Below are positions 24,774 through 38,419 of a DNA stretch of 64,000 bases, one piece after another. Under the pieces are notes generated by a model, which saw nothing but the letters and a program-made list of their open reading frames with translations, was not told the DNA's origin and ran no database searches. A program made the translations under genes and the position numbers. Location of the stretch: NCBI GenBank assembly GCA_001687465.1, contig LVLI01000069.1, positions 62,001-126,000 on the forward strand, written 5' to 3'. Every line of letters starts with the position of its first letter. Within the stretch, counting starts at the first letter, position 1. The DNA comes from Halocafeteria seosinensis (taxonomy: Eukaryota).

Positions 24774-26582
24774 ATGCAGGCGTTCAAGGACCTCAAACGC
24801 AAGGAACATGCGCAAGCGGGAGGGAGTAAAGCTCCCGGAGGAGGAGGTGGAAGTGGCGTGCGACGACAATCGCAGCCTTCCTTCCACTATAACGACCCTG
24901 ATGATGATCCAAGTAATAAGAAGACCAAGACAATTAAACAGAAGATTCGGAGCTACAAGAGGCTCCTTGCTCTTGGGGTGAGTCGCATGGGAATTGTGTG
25001 TGGAGAGCAGTATAACTGCACATGTTGTCTGCCGCAGAACTTACCACAAGCCATGTACCGTGATAAAAAGCGGCTCGTGAAGAAATTGGAGCAGCATGTA
25101 AGTATAGTATTACATGTGGCCGTGGTATAAAAACTTGCCCCATGGAGCAAGGATCAAACGGAGTATACGCAGTTAGCTGAACGAAAGTACGCGGCAAAGG
25201 AGCGCAAAATGGCTACCAAGTATCACAAGATCAAGTTTTTTGAAAGAAAGAAAGTTACAAGACAACTAGAGAAGGCCAAGAAGCAACTTGCAGAGGTAAT
25301 GTTACGAACATGTCCTTTTTTTCCTGTATTGTCCGTTTTGAGTGTTTGTTATCCGTGTCGCAGGCCAAGAAGAACGAAGCGAATGAAGAAGTCCAGCGTT
25401 TACAGGGTCAAATTCAGAAGCTGGAGGACGATTTAGTCTATGTCAGATGGTTTCCAAAAGCAGAAAGGTATATCTCGTTATTCCCGCCAAAAGAGCGAGA
25501 GGATCCCAAAGCGGATGAAAGGTAGAGGTTTTATTTGGTGTGCTCCAACTCGCATTCACTCACCAAATCGCCGATCCTGCAGGATGGAGAGGATGAGGCG
25601 GTGGGCTAGGGCAAATTGTGTTGCTGGTAGATTCTTGAGGCCCAATGAGTTTGAACCCTCGGCAAATGATACTCCCCTAGGGGAACATGCTGAGGATCAA
25701 TCATCAGAAGAGGTAGTAGACTCGCACGAATCAGACTCGTCATCGCACTCAGATGCAGAGCGAGCAGATAGGGGTGACAGCCACAGTGGTACACCGTCAG
25801 CTACACACAACCGTGAGGAAGAAAGGGAAAATGATGGAAAATCAGCCACGTCACACAAAACGCAGAACGTGCGTGCCGGTAGTGCCCCTGTACGCACAAA
25901 GGGGAAAGTCTCTGTAGTCTCAGGCGTCGGTATAGATGCTGTCGAAAACCAGGGGGCTTCCGCGGAAAACGATCAGCTGGAGGATGATTTTTTCCTTCCA
26001 GTGGATATAGAATCCGACGCCCTTCGGTCACATGATACTACAGTTGATGCTCAGCCTGACTTGAGTGCTGCTGAAGTGGACTTTAAAGAAGAAAGTAAGG
26101 ATGCAGAGGATGAGGAGGGAGAGCGGTGGAAGCCGGGAGAATACGCGCCGAAGCATACAATTCATGTAGAAAGATATAGGGACTCGTCGACTAAACGTGA
26201 ACAGAGCAAGGCGTCTCTAACGGATGAACAGGTCGTTGAAAACGCGTTACGGGATGACGATGCGCTTCGGAAGCAGTATTACAAGTTGTCGGGACGCAAG
26301 CGGAAGCGATTGGAAAGGGGGATCATATTTGACTATCGGAAAGGTGGCAGCAATTATTTCGACAGCCAATACGGAACCGATAAGGATACTGCTGGAATTG
26401 CAGGGAGAAACAAACGGTCGGCTGTGTCAAAGGTGTATTCCCAAAGAGCGAAACTCCGGAAAGGCCAAGATTTTGAACAAAGCCCTCAAAAGCCCAGCCA
26501 TGCGCCGAATCAGTCAAAAACCTCAACAACTCCAGAGCGCATTGAAGGAGCCGCCCCACGGCAACACTTACAATTTGATTGA
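24774..26582 (+). CDS. EFG1: rRNA-processing protein Efg1-like with long C-terminal extension
   Basis: KQKIRSYKRLL; ERKMATKYHKIKFFERKKVTRQL; DDLVYVRWFPKAERYISLFP match the Efg1 family pattern. Confidence 0.85.
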
Positions 26583-26613
26583 AGTACTATTTTGTTGCTG
26601 ATGTAGATTTAGT

Positions 26614-29229
26614 TTAGGCATCTGATGTCGTGCTCATTGCGCTCGTTTCGCGACGTTTCTCCTGATGTTTAACGAGGTAAGATGCCGCAGCTTGTGAGGC
26701 TTGCTTCGCAACGGTGAAATTTGAGTTATTGAGAACATGCGCGGCTTTGGCCTTCATTTCGCTCAGAGTCAACGGACGGTAATATTCTTCTTGATCACTG
26801 TCTTCGTCCTCTTTGGTTTGTTCTGTTCCTATCATGGAACTAAGAAGTGTCGACACTGCGAACGTTTCATGCATAGTGCCAGTGGGTCTTTCTGGAACTA
26901 AAGCAGTCTTGGTAGAACTGAGGGTTTTGCCAAACACCTGTGCCAGTGACTCTTGTGTTTGCTGGACTTCTCCTTCGTCGTCTTCGAGACTTGACGATCT
27001 GAGTGGCGACGCCGTATTCAGACTTCGGGAGAGATCATCCAGAGCATGCCGTGCTTCCTCGTTATTAGAGGTGGCCATGACCACGGCATATTTGTGGATT
27101 AATTCCGCGGCTTTCTGCTCTAGGATGGAAACAAATTCTGCAATATTATGTGTCGAGATGCCGCGAGCGACGGTATCGCGTAGCGAAGGAGATTGGAGGT
27201 ACATCCCCAGTCCTGAAGACGCACTCCTGCTTCTGCTTGCGTTACTGGCCTCACTCGAAGGAGAATCTCTCTGTGATGGCCCTGCGTTATAGTCCTCTGT
27301 AGCCACAAATGAGTGCAAATAGATTGACTGATTGCATTTTGGTTGTGGACGATAGCAGGTTAGCTTACCTTCATTTCCCTGCTTATGTTCTGCTGGGGAG
27401 GCCGAATTTCTGGTGGCTGCATATTGTTCCCCATCGTCGATGCCTACTTCCTGTGATCGTCCAATGGCATCTTCGGTGACCTCCTGGAAGAGTTGGCCGC
27501 AGCCAATGCTTTGGAAAAGATCCCGAATGCTTGGCAAGAGCATTCCTATTTCTCTCAGGACTATTTTTGTAGATGCCTCTTGGTCCCGTAGCTTTTGTCT
27601 GTATCCGGCTATTTCTTCTGCTAGTTCATCCCTTTCACTTTGTTTCATCTCAATGACGTTGTGGTTCTGCCAATGAAGCAGAGATCGGTCTTTGCGGGTG
27701 AAGGCCAAATGAGACAAACAAAAAAGCAACTCACAGTTTCTTCGTTCTTTGTATGACTTTCCTTCAGCGACTGTATGCGTGTCTCTGTCGACTCTATGTC
27801 AGCCATGAGCCGGTTGATTGCATTCACTTTTGAATATTTCTGCAAGAAGGGGAATCAATAAAGTCCATGTTGTCCAGAACTTGCGAAACTGTAGAACACC
27901 GTACCTCATCTTCATATGCCTCGAACTGCTGAATTAACTCGTCAATGCTTTCGTAGCCTGTGCCATCTTTAATGGTCTCAAGTGCTTCTTCGAATGTCTT
28001 CCACGTATCTGACAATTTGTCGATTGCCTTGCGATCTCGATTGATATTCATTAAGCATTCTTGTTGCTGATTCTTGAGGAACTCCTCAGTTTCCTGACTC
28101 CCGTCATCTTTGCTAAATTGCTCCTTGAAAGCCTGAGGATTCCGTATTATTGCATCAGCTTGTGCCAACTCTTTGTCTTGAAACTTCCATTCTAGTTTTG
28201 CCTCCAAATCTAATTCTTGTAGTCGGTCAGTCAGCTCCTGAAAGGGCGCAACAATCTATGTATGGAGGGCTCATACTTTTGGTCTTCAGCCAGCATGACT
28301 TACCTGCATTTCCTTGCGAATGCGGTTTCTCTCAGCGTATCCCTCTTGGATTTTCTTCTTGATAGAAGTGATTTTATTCTTGGCGGCCTCCACCTCTTTC
28401 TGTAAGCGGCATTGTTGCACAAACGACTATGGAGTTTCATGTTGCTCCCAAGAGCTCCATAAATAAGTTCGTACCTCTAGTTTTCCAAAAAGTTTATCAT
28501 AAACCAAATGTTCTTTTCGAAGACCGTCGATTTTCTCTCGCATTTTCTGGTTAGTGTTTTGAGCCTCGTTCAGCTTCTTCTCCATAACAGCTTGCTTTTT
28601 CTCTACCTGAGTAAGGAGTTAATTCCAATTCTGAGATTCAATACAAATATGAATATTAGGACGTGCTTACCTGCTTGAGCTGCCGTTCAACCAAACGCTT
28701 TGTACCCAAGACAGCTTCCCGTCTTCCTAGTGTACGTGGTTTGACTTCATATAGCGGTCTATACGACGATGAGGTCACCCCGAGGTCCTCCTTGCTTGGC
28801 TCTTGAGTCTTCCCTCCCGAAGGGCTAATAAACTGCACGACATTCCTCACCATGAGTAGATTGCGGCTCGTTCAAGTGGTTAAGTGCTGGCCCTAAGACC
28901 TACGTCGGCAGTGTAGCTGGCCATGCGCTCCAGTCTTCTCTGTCTGAGCTGTTTGGCATAATGCAGCTTTTGCTCTAACTCTCGGAGGATTTTCGCATTC
29001 TTCTGCTTTTCTTCCTCCAGCTGGTATCTCTTGGTGTCAAGCTTTTCGACGTTGAAAAGAGATTGAGTTTGATTGCCCGTGCTTTTCCCCGTTTTCTCTC
29101 TGGTGAGACAATGAGTGTCAGAATTAACGACACATAGCGACAGCATTTCCCATTCACGTACTTTTCTGCGGTCCCAGGAGGGGCTCCTGGAGAGTTCAGG
29201 GTCTCCTCGTTCTCCTTATGGTCCTCCAT
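26614..29229 (-). CDS. Outer dynein arm docking complex subunit-like coiled-coil protein (ODAD1/CCDC114/DC2-like)
   Basis: Long coiled coil; FEEALETIKDGTGYESIDELIQQFEAYEDE, LFQSIGC and NIAEFVSILEQKAAELI resemble ODA-DC family motifs. Confidence 0.7.
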
Positions 29230-29695
29230 GGCGAAAGTCGAAATGGCGCGTTGTCCCAGAGGACCAACGAGCTACAATCACTATGAACGATGCCAGATTC
29301 AAGAAATGGTGAATCGAACGTAATGCAAACAAATTTGTTTTAAATTTGTGCCTATTGTAATATGGAGGTACAATTCTTCCTTGAAAAGGCGTGTAGACCT
29401 GTAGGTCTGATCAGCTCCGGAATCTGGAAAAATAGCCGTTAAAGTTCAGAGGTGGAAGATTGAAGGATTTCGGTTAGAACTAAGTTAGAAGCCAAACTAA
29501 GAGGCATACAACATTGGAATAAGAGGAGGTAAAACTCATTTATTTCTTTTTCTTTTTATGCATTGCTGCTTCACTCGTATCCACTCCGTACATTTGAAGG
29601 GCTCTGCGCTCCAATTTCGCCGATCCGAATTTCATTGCAAGGTCAGAAAAGTAGTGATCTGCAGTTTGGTAAGAATAAAATCAAACGGGTCGTTA

Positions 29696-32600
29696 TTACT
29701 CCGCGCTCTCTACGAAGTTCGTCCACGTACTTTTATATGAAATTTCACTTTGGAATATGAGTTTGGGCTTTCCTTCGGCGTTGAGCTTCGCTGTGCTCTC
29801 CATTACTCCCTTAGTCCGCCGCGCTCGAAGGGCATATCGTTCGACTGCTGTAAGTACTCTCCCGCGAGAATAAGGTTGGACCCGCAGATTTTCGGGAGCT
29901 TGGAAAGCAGTAAGACTGGCCCTTCGTTCCAATCTCTTTGAGCGATCCTTTTCCGTATTCACCGACTCTGTTCGTCGCTGTATTGCTGCTTGTTGCTTTC
30001 CGAATTTTCGTTCGTGTTCGAGTCTACGAGCTTCCTTATTGTAGGGTTTGAATGGGGACCAGTGATTTGTTTCTGCACTCTTAAGTAATTCAAAGTCTTT
30101 CGTAAGAGAGGGGCTTCCTGAGAGCACAGACTTTGAATCGTAAGCACGCGAAGGAGTCATCTTTTCTCTGCATCTGGAAAAGGACGGCAAAATGTTTTGA
30201 CCGTCTTCATTTCTGAGCCGAATGAGCCCATCTTCATAGATGGAGTCTTTGAAAAAGCGGGGTTGTCTGGCTGTAACTACAAACTTCGAAGGCTCCAGCT
30301 TATCCTCCGGAAGACCAGAAGGAGAATCCAGTGTCCGCTTTGAACGGGAGGGTGCCTCCGTTGCAACCTCTTCGAGCGGCGATTCATTTTTTACGTACGC
30401 CGTTGGTGATAAGGTGTGTCTGCGGGTTCGTATTTTACGCTTCGGCGTAGTCATTGAAAGCGGGCTCATACTCTGTGAGTTTGGAATTAATCCGGTATCT
30501 CTAATACATCCGGCGTGGTACGCTTCAGCATACCGGTCTCTGTACGTTCGATCAATTTCACAAATAGCTGCGGCTTATATTGGGACGTTACTTTTACACA
30601 GACTGATGTAAAGCATTTGTATGCAGTCCTTACCTGGAGGCACTCCACTATCGAACTCCCCCATGCGGGGGTTTCCCGTAAGCCATACCGGTGGTCGATA
30701 AGTCAATTTCAACAGAGTTTTGGAGCAATCTGGTTGGCATGTGTACTGGTGTGTCCGATAAGCATCATGAGAGCCAGAAGACTGTCCACTCCTCTTTGTA
30801 GGCGAGTGTTGTGTTGCCTTGGGGAAGGATCCGATCTTACTGACTCTGTCAAGGGTAGATCTGGTGATTCCAGCTACGTCAGATTCCCTGTATTTCAAAG
30901 CATCGTATAACTGCCTTGTGTGGAGGTCTAAGAGATTGAGCAGCTCATCGAAGATAGCCTCTTTTGCGGTAACGCCGAGGATATTCAATGCGCTTCTGTT
31001 GATTTCTAAGAGCTCACAGTCGGAGTCCGCACTGATGACAAATTCCGAGGGTTCGTTTAAAAATATTTCTGTGCCTCCCAAAAATTGTCCCGGTAACAAG
31101 ATACCCAAATGCAGAGGTCTCTTTTTTGAAAAGAACGTTATGTGTGGATTTCGCGGAGGGTCGCTGTGTCCACCTCTGGCTATTCTTTCTGTTGGATCTC
31201 TTGGACCTATAATGTCGGGATACAATGTTGTGATGACAGGAGCTGCGGAGGATACGCCGTGTTTATGAGTCTTCAGGGTATTCTGCTTTGCTTGCTTATA
31301 GGACAAGTCAGCTCCCCCAAGCAGCAATTTTGCGCCCGGCTCGTGTAACACATTGTACCTTCTTCGTTGGTCCGCCGCCTTATGCTTTTTGTGCGATGCG
31401 TCAAGTGTCCTACTAGCAAGAGCTTCCAAGTATTCTTCTTTGTTCAAAATTGATCTAAATTCAACTCTAGCTGTTCCACTCATTAGGAGATACATCATCT
31501 GAGCCGGATACCAAATCAAACTATGGAAAATGGGTTGACACAATCACCTTCATTCTGCTTACTTGAGACGTTTCACCTTCTTCCACGATGACGGAACCCC
31601 TGCCAACGAGTACTCTGCTAACTGCAAAGCAGAATCTTACTGCAATCGAAAGATATTCTTTCCTGCTGGACTCCTAAGAATAATTTTATCGACTGTGTAG
31701 ATTCCCCTTACCAAGCCTATTGGTCGTAGTGTGCTTCATGATATTTGTTGAGTTGCGGAAGAATGCCATAAGATCAGTAGTTTCAGAGGGATATAGGCTT
31801 CTAGACGCTGAGGCAAGAATTAAAACAAGATAATGAGAGGAGAGGAATGACTCAGCAATAGACCATAGTACCTTCTTGAGTGCTTTCATTGGTTTCTTTC
31901 TCTTCCACAGGATGCATATCTGCCCAGGACAACACCAAGCATATTACCGTATCCCCTAATGATCGCATGGTAGCCATTCGTTTTGAGCCCCGGATCTGTG
32001 TGTGAAATCGTTGTCTACCGTCTCTTCAGTCATAAGTAATTAACTGCACGTTCACTTTTCTTACCTTTACCGCATACTCACCGAAGGCGAATCCCCAGTT
32101 TAATTGTGACACCTTGGTCAATGTATTCGGGTACACCTCCTCTTTAGTAGAGCTTTGCTTATTCTGATGGACAGATGATGTTCCCCACTGAACATAACTC
32201 GATTTGTAGGTGTCCATGTTGGACTGAAGCCATTCTTGCTGGGAACGGAAAGATGGTCTTGCTTTCACCCTCCCACTGAACTTTCGAACAAAATCCTGTT
32301 CGTTTTCCGGAGAGTCTCTCCGTGGCAGGACGCAAAAAGACTTGACGGAAGTGGGCAGTTTTGGTCTTGCCAGGGATTCTGACTCGGTTGCTTCTAGCTT
32401 GTTGCTACTACGGCTGCGGACAATAAGCAGTTCAATACCGACAAGTGTAGAGTTGACAATATTTCGTACCAAATGTCGGGTTTCCTCATTAGGGATCGTG
32501 CTTTTGTAATCGTCTGAGACAGTGAGTGCCATTTTTCCAGCTTTGAGCCACTCAGCTCTGCAGGTGTCTCGGCCATCGATGGAGCAACAGACTTTTTAAG

Positions 32601-33237
32601 CTTATCCCACCGTCGGCCAGTTTGCGCGGGGATATCAGTCTTCTTGTTGACAAACACCTGCTATGAGACATAAACGACGACTCTTATATCCGGTAGAGGG
32701 TAATAATTGTATGGACGTACCCCCACGCTTCCTCTTAGTATGATAAACATTTCTTCGCCCACAGACTGCGTACCGAAAAGGAATGACGCGACTCCAGAGA
32801 CATGCGAATCAGTGTATACTTACCGCTTCATTATAGATAGTGGTATTTGCTGGAAATTCTTGAAGGCGAAATGCCTTACACCTGCATACGAAATCGTATT
32901 AGTTCTTCCGTACCTCGTCACTAGAATGTAAAGAAACGTACAAAGAAAAAACGTCCGACGGAGACTTCCTATAAAAAAACGGTATCCTGGACGAAAACTG
33001 TTGTAATATGTCAAATGTCTCCTGAGCATGCATATGTGTCCGTTTTGCTACGGGGATTCTTAGGCTCTGTTTCAGACGATCAAGCAGCCTCATCGAGATC
33101 CCGTGAGAATCAACTGCAGCCTGAGGATCATCAAGTTCACCTAACGAATATATAGTTTCGGCGCTCTCATCGGAGTCCTGAGACGAAGTAGACGAAGCAA
33201 CGGAAGTGCGTCGTGGATACAGTGTTCGCTCCGTCAT
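29696..33237 (-). CDS. Cyclic-nucleotide-binding domain protein, multi-exon
   Basis: cNMP-type motifs QLNWGFAFGE and MYLLMSGTA...LLPGQFLGG...VISADSDCELLEINR; in-frame intron (~30633-30568) links to the 29696-30469 ORF. Confidence 0.7.
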
Positions 33238-34414
33238 GCTAAGTCTCCGGGGAAGAATTACCGGTAGTCACTCCCAGGTTCCCGTGGCACGATTCGGGGC
33301 CCGCAGCTACTACAGCTATCCAGCTTATCTTTAATGGAAACAATTCATTCAATAGTTCGCTTGCCCGAGGCAAAGCAGAAGCACATCCTCTCTGGTGAAA
33401 TGCACTGCTATAGTGAATAGCCCAACTTTGCTCTATTCGGCAGGCGTACACACACGTAAACGTCTGCTGTGACAGAGTGGCTACAATTATCAATGAGATC
33501 AACTGGGCGCTGCAGGATCGCTACAAAAATTGTGATGTTGTGTGAAGGTTTCCAAACAAAAATGCATGTTTTCACCTTTTCTATACTATCGAATCATTGG
33601 ACTAGCTGTTAAACTATGCCACAAAGGTTACCAGTCAGTTGGTCACTCCAACTTGGACTATACAATGTTCAACTTCATCGCATACTGTGAAAACCGAAGT
33701 TTCTCGCAACCAATTTAGCATAATATAGATGCATTTCCTAATGTTGCATTGAGTTGGCTTGTGTATGCTCACCATCTTGCAATGCATGTACCATGTACAT
33801 AATGTGACGTTGGTGTAGCGTTGCCGTTGCTTGTACGACAGGGCTCTCCATCTAATACTTTGTAGTGCACAGGGAGGTAGGGATTGAGTTGTAGTGCTAC
33901 ATTCATTGTGCATGAGGATGTCATCACCTAAGCGACCAATCTACATCGATATGTGTGTATATGCGCAGCGGCTAAGTCCAGCGTATGGCACTCAGCCTGT
34001 AGTAACTCTGCAGAAGGAAATTTCACATACAGTCGTCGACAGCATAATAAGAAACACCTGTCATGCTACTTCAGCACTACTTGAGACCATGCACGTTCCC
34101 TCCGTGAATAATCGCCCTCCGACAAATACCGTGCGGGGAATCATGGGAATCTCGGCGTCAGTGTAATGGTGCAATTCACATTTCTGCACTCTCCCCAGTG
34201 TTTTCTCATCCATTCACTGCGTTGCATTCTAGGAACAAACTGTCCTCCATTGGCACACCGTGTCCAGCGTGCTGCTGTCTACGGTGTATACACTGTACAG
34301 CCTGTCCAAAGTTCCACCCGTCGTGAGCTTCACAAATTGATTATGAGAACACCGGGAAGTTTATATCGCTTTCCATAGCTGTATTGTTGCAAGACCATAT
34401 ACAGACTGGTACCA

Positions 34415-36762
34415 ATGGAGTCTTTTCGCCGATCCAAGCTTGTACTGCCTCTGGTAGGCCTTCCCGCGCGCGGCAAAGTACGTATGAGAGAGATGTTCTT
34501 ATGGGAACTCACTTCACCTCAACTTCGTTTTCAACCTGCAGTCCGCCGTCGGGAACAAGTTGCTCAACTTTCTTGCATGGAGGGGTTTTCGGGTGAAGCT
34601 ATTTAATGTCGGCAAATACCGGAGGCAGTACTATGGTGTCGACAAGGAAAGTACAAATAGCTCGTTTTTCGATAATTCCAACAGCACCGCCAAAGAGCGG
34701 CGAGAACAGCTCGCACAGTCTGTCATGCATGAGATGATTGACTGGCTCAGTACGTACATCCTGGAATGGAGTTTGGCTGCGTTGGTTTATCTATGTGTGC
34801 ACATGGGATACTGCAGATGAAGGAGGAGATATCGCCATCTTCGATGCAAGTGCGTGAACCAACTTCACACGTCTTCACGTGCCCACGGGAAGTTTTGAAC
34901 CTTTTCTTTCTTTCAATGCGCTGCAGCCAATACTACGAAGGAGAGAAGGAACAAACTTCGTGAGGTACTATATGGGCGGTACGACGACTCGAAATTGGAT
35001 GTGATATTCGTGGAATGTATATGTACCAACGAGAAGGTAAGGAGGCCCCCTTCAATGAGACTACTATTCCTGTTCCAATTCTTTCCGTGTTTCATTTGAT
35101 ACAGATGCTTCATTCCAACATGCTTCAAAAGATCCAAAGCAGTCCTGACTATAAGGGTATGCCGCGTTCGGAAGCTCTCGCAGGTGAGTATATCCTCTGC
35201 AATGATTCGCAATCAATCACGTACACCGCATTAACCGAGCTGTCAACAGATTTGAAAGATAGGATCAGAAATTACGAAAAAGTTTATGAGACCATCGATG
35301 ATCGGAAAGAGACCGACATCGCATACATTAAATTAGTACGTTGCCATGCTCACTTTTTTTATGTCTATGGTAACTTACACCCCCTCTTGATTGAGTTCAC
35401 AGATTGACCTTCAGTCCAAAGTTATAGCCCATCACATTCGAGGAAGTGTTGCACACCTTATTGTCGCATATTTAATGTCTTTGTAGGTGGTCAAATTATC
35501 AATCGTTGCTGTTCGCATGTTCGGAACTGCTGGAATGCGACTGCAGGCATATAGGCTCGCGCCCGATTTACGTGTTGAGGTCCGGCGAGTGCAACACACC
35601 TCCAGCCGAATCTGGGGTACAGAAAACGAGGTCATCTACCCAAGATTATCAAGAGGATCCTACAACGTTTGAACCCTTACCAGAATTAGGCCACAGAGTG
35701 GATGGTGCACAGCATTCAGACGCAGTGCCAGATGCCATTACATGGCGCAATCAGACGTTCCCCCCTCGTCACAGCAGTGATGTAACGAGCAAGTCCAGTA
35801 CCACAGCCACCAACGAGCTAAATAGCGAAAAAGCTACCACCGCGCAGGAAAGTACGGGTTACGTAATAGACTGGACAGCGGCCATGACGTTGTCAGATAG
35901 AGGCAAGGTCTTCAGCCATGCTGCGGCAGAGTTTATCTCCAGGCGGCTACTTGAATTGCGCAAATTAGAAGAGAAGGGTGATGAAAATGCCACAGATGCT
36001 GAAGAAGTTATACAATCCTCACGTCAAAATGGTAGCGTTTTGACAAACCGCATTTGCATTTATTCAAGCACACTGCCAAGGACCTTAGACACTTCGGGAA
36101 TAATGTCTCAATATTTGAGGATGTGTCAGAATGAGGAAAGCGGTGATCGTTGCTTTCACAGGGTAGATTGCGATGCATGGAGTGCCCTCAATCCCATGGA
36201 CACTGGCATGTATGCAGGAGTACCGTTGCAGCAGCTACATGACGCGGCACCAGAAGAGTGGGAAGCATGGGCCTCGAGTAAGAATAGGGTCGCTCACAGG
36301 ATAACAGGAGGTGAAAGCATTAACGACGTTATGGTCAGACTAGAGCCACTTGTGGTGGAGTCAGAACGGGAAAAGAATCCTGTTGTCATAATTACTCACT
36401 TATCGACTATACAAGTGTTGCTATCTTACTTCCGCGGAGTTCCGCTGGAGGATTGTGTGTCTGTCGCTGTACCTCAGCATTCCATGGTTGAGATAATTCC
36501 TACAAACTATGGATATTTGGAAACTTTAGTGGATTTCAATCTACCGACGTCCGAGTCTTTGCCAAAACCAGATAGCCTTCCAACCCCTATGATACCATCG
36601 GAGAACTTTAAGGAAGGGTTCTTTGCGTTTTCCCCGAACAGAGCTGTGGACGATGCGGAAAGAGACTGGTATTCGGAACGGCAAGTGAAGCTTTCGGATG
36701 GAGTGATTGCCAATCAACGAATCATTAAGAGGCCGTTTGGTCATTATAATAATGAGGCGTAG
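34415..36762 (+). CDS. 6-phosphofructo-2-kinase / fructose-2,6-bisphosphatase family protein (phosphatase domain degenerate)
   Basis: LVGLPARGK P-loop, FNVGKYRR, IAIFDA, KSSPDY, RIRNYEKVYETI; His-phosphatase domain with GGES..DV..RLEP and VIITH. Start uncertain. Confidence 0.9.
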
Positions 36763-37285
36763 CGCTGAAACTTGGAGATTATTAGATTCTTGGATGTTGG
36801 AGAACTATTGAGCAATCTATACTGACCAATCGTATGTGGCTTGGTAGACCCTGGTAAACTGCATCTCATTTTTTGGCGAAGCTAGGAATGATAACGTGCC
36901 CATGTCATGCGCCGCATGATGGTGTCTCTTCTTGTTCCAGATGTCCGATGCAGGTAGTCTACTACGTAGCTTACACAGCTCTGTGGGACACAACTTGGCA
37001 CGCAAACGAGCAGACAGTTGACACTGTCACCGAAGTTGTTCATAGAAAAAGCAAAAATTAAATAACAAAATAAAAATCCACTGAAGTAGAAAGAGTGTAA
37101 TACTCAGTGTATCCACAGTGTCGAGGCAGTGTGGAAATTCACCACAGTGGAATCTTCGCCAACTTCGAAGTTGAGGAGGCGGGGTACCCGGTATTGTTTG
37201 TCCACCGTGATTGGCGCTTGTGCGAGTTGGATGGTCCAGAGCATCCATGGGGGAATATTCGGCTCAAAATGCGAGGTCAACCGCC

Positions 37286-38414
37286 ATGAATGACCAATCG
37301 ACGCAGTCGCAAGATCCGGCGAGCGGGGCGGCGGATGTGTCATCCAGGGTGGTTCATGACATTCTAGACACTCTATGTTCGGACACCACGTATGCCGAAG
37401 CTCATTTTCGGGAGCTGAAGAATCCCTCTAAATGGGTATGTTGAGTGTGTATGTGTGGAAAAAGCATTGCCTCTGTCATAGAGTTGCAGGTGTCCACCGA
37501 AGCATACCATTCCTGTCTATGGACACGATTTGGAGGAATCGCGCCCATGAAGATGCCGTACGATTTCCACAACGACCAGATCCGGCCAGCAGATGTTTGG
37601 CAAGGGCACTCCGTTCAAGAGGCAATGGGCGACCGGATTCACGCGATACTCGACCTGACCGACCATGACACCCCATGCTATTCGACAGTGAACGACAGAA
37701 TTAGGCATGTCAAACTCCAGCTGACGGTAAGTGTGCCAGTGACTTCTTCAGATGATTGATGTTAGTTCCTGTCAACCCTGTAATGGTCTTGTGGTTCTCT
37801 CAGGCAAAAACGATTCCTGTACGTATTTCGGAAGTATGATCCGGACCTAACTTACTTGTGCCCACACGTTTGTGTCTGTACAGCCGGATGAAGAAGTTTT
37901 GATGTTCAATGTGATGCTCGCGTATCTATTCTCTATATGTGACAGAGAGAATCCAGTGATTGCAGTTCACTGTCACTATGGTATGCTACTTTGACGGGAG
38001 GCAATGCATTTGAGGCAACTCCCTGGCCTACGTGACCACTCGTTTCGTGCAGGTTACAATCGTACAGGCTATATGGTGTGTTGGTAAGCCTTTATGCCGA
38101 GTGCGGATGTAGTTTTCATCGCCTAAATGGCTGATTAATGTCTACCTATTCGCACAGCTTCTTGATGGATGTATGTGACATTAGTTGGGATAGAGCGGTA
38201 TACTGTTTCGCGTTAACTCGTCCTCCAGGGATCAGGTAAGTTTCAAGCTCGTGTATCTGAAATTTTTCTTGCTCTGTGTGCGTCATGGCCAAATTACAGG
38301 CATAGCTACATGGTAGAGGCTTTGAAAGCCCGTAGCGACGATGCCTCACGACAAAGAGCTCAGGCCAGCTTTAGGGAAAGCATGCATCAGCTGTCTAGCA
38401 GTGTGGGGAAGTGA
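37286..38414 (+). CDS. Stand-alone cysteine-phosphatase-type RNA 5'-triphosphatase-like protein (capping-enzyme TPase/DUSP11-like)
   Basis: IAPMKMP, ILDLT, spliced active site IAVHCHYG|YNRTGYMVC, FALTRPPGI; TGA at 38412-38414. Confidence 0.8.
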
Positions 38415-38419
38415 TCACT

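Noticed and set aside
33240..34410. Short ORFs in the 1.2-kb divergent spacer before PFK-2
   Set aside because: No coding signal or recognisable RNA motif; treated as promoter/UTR.
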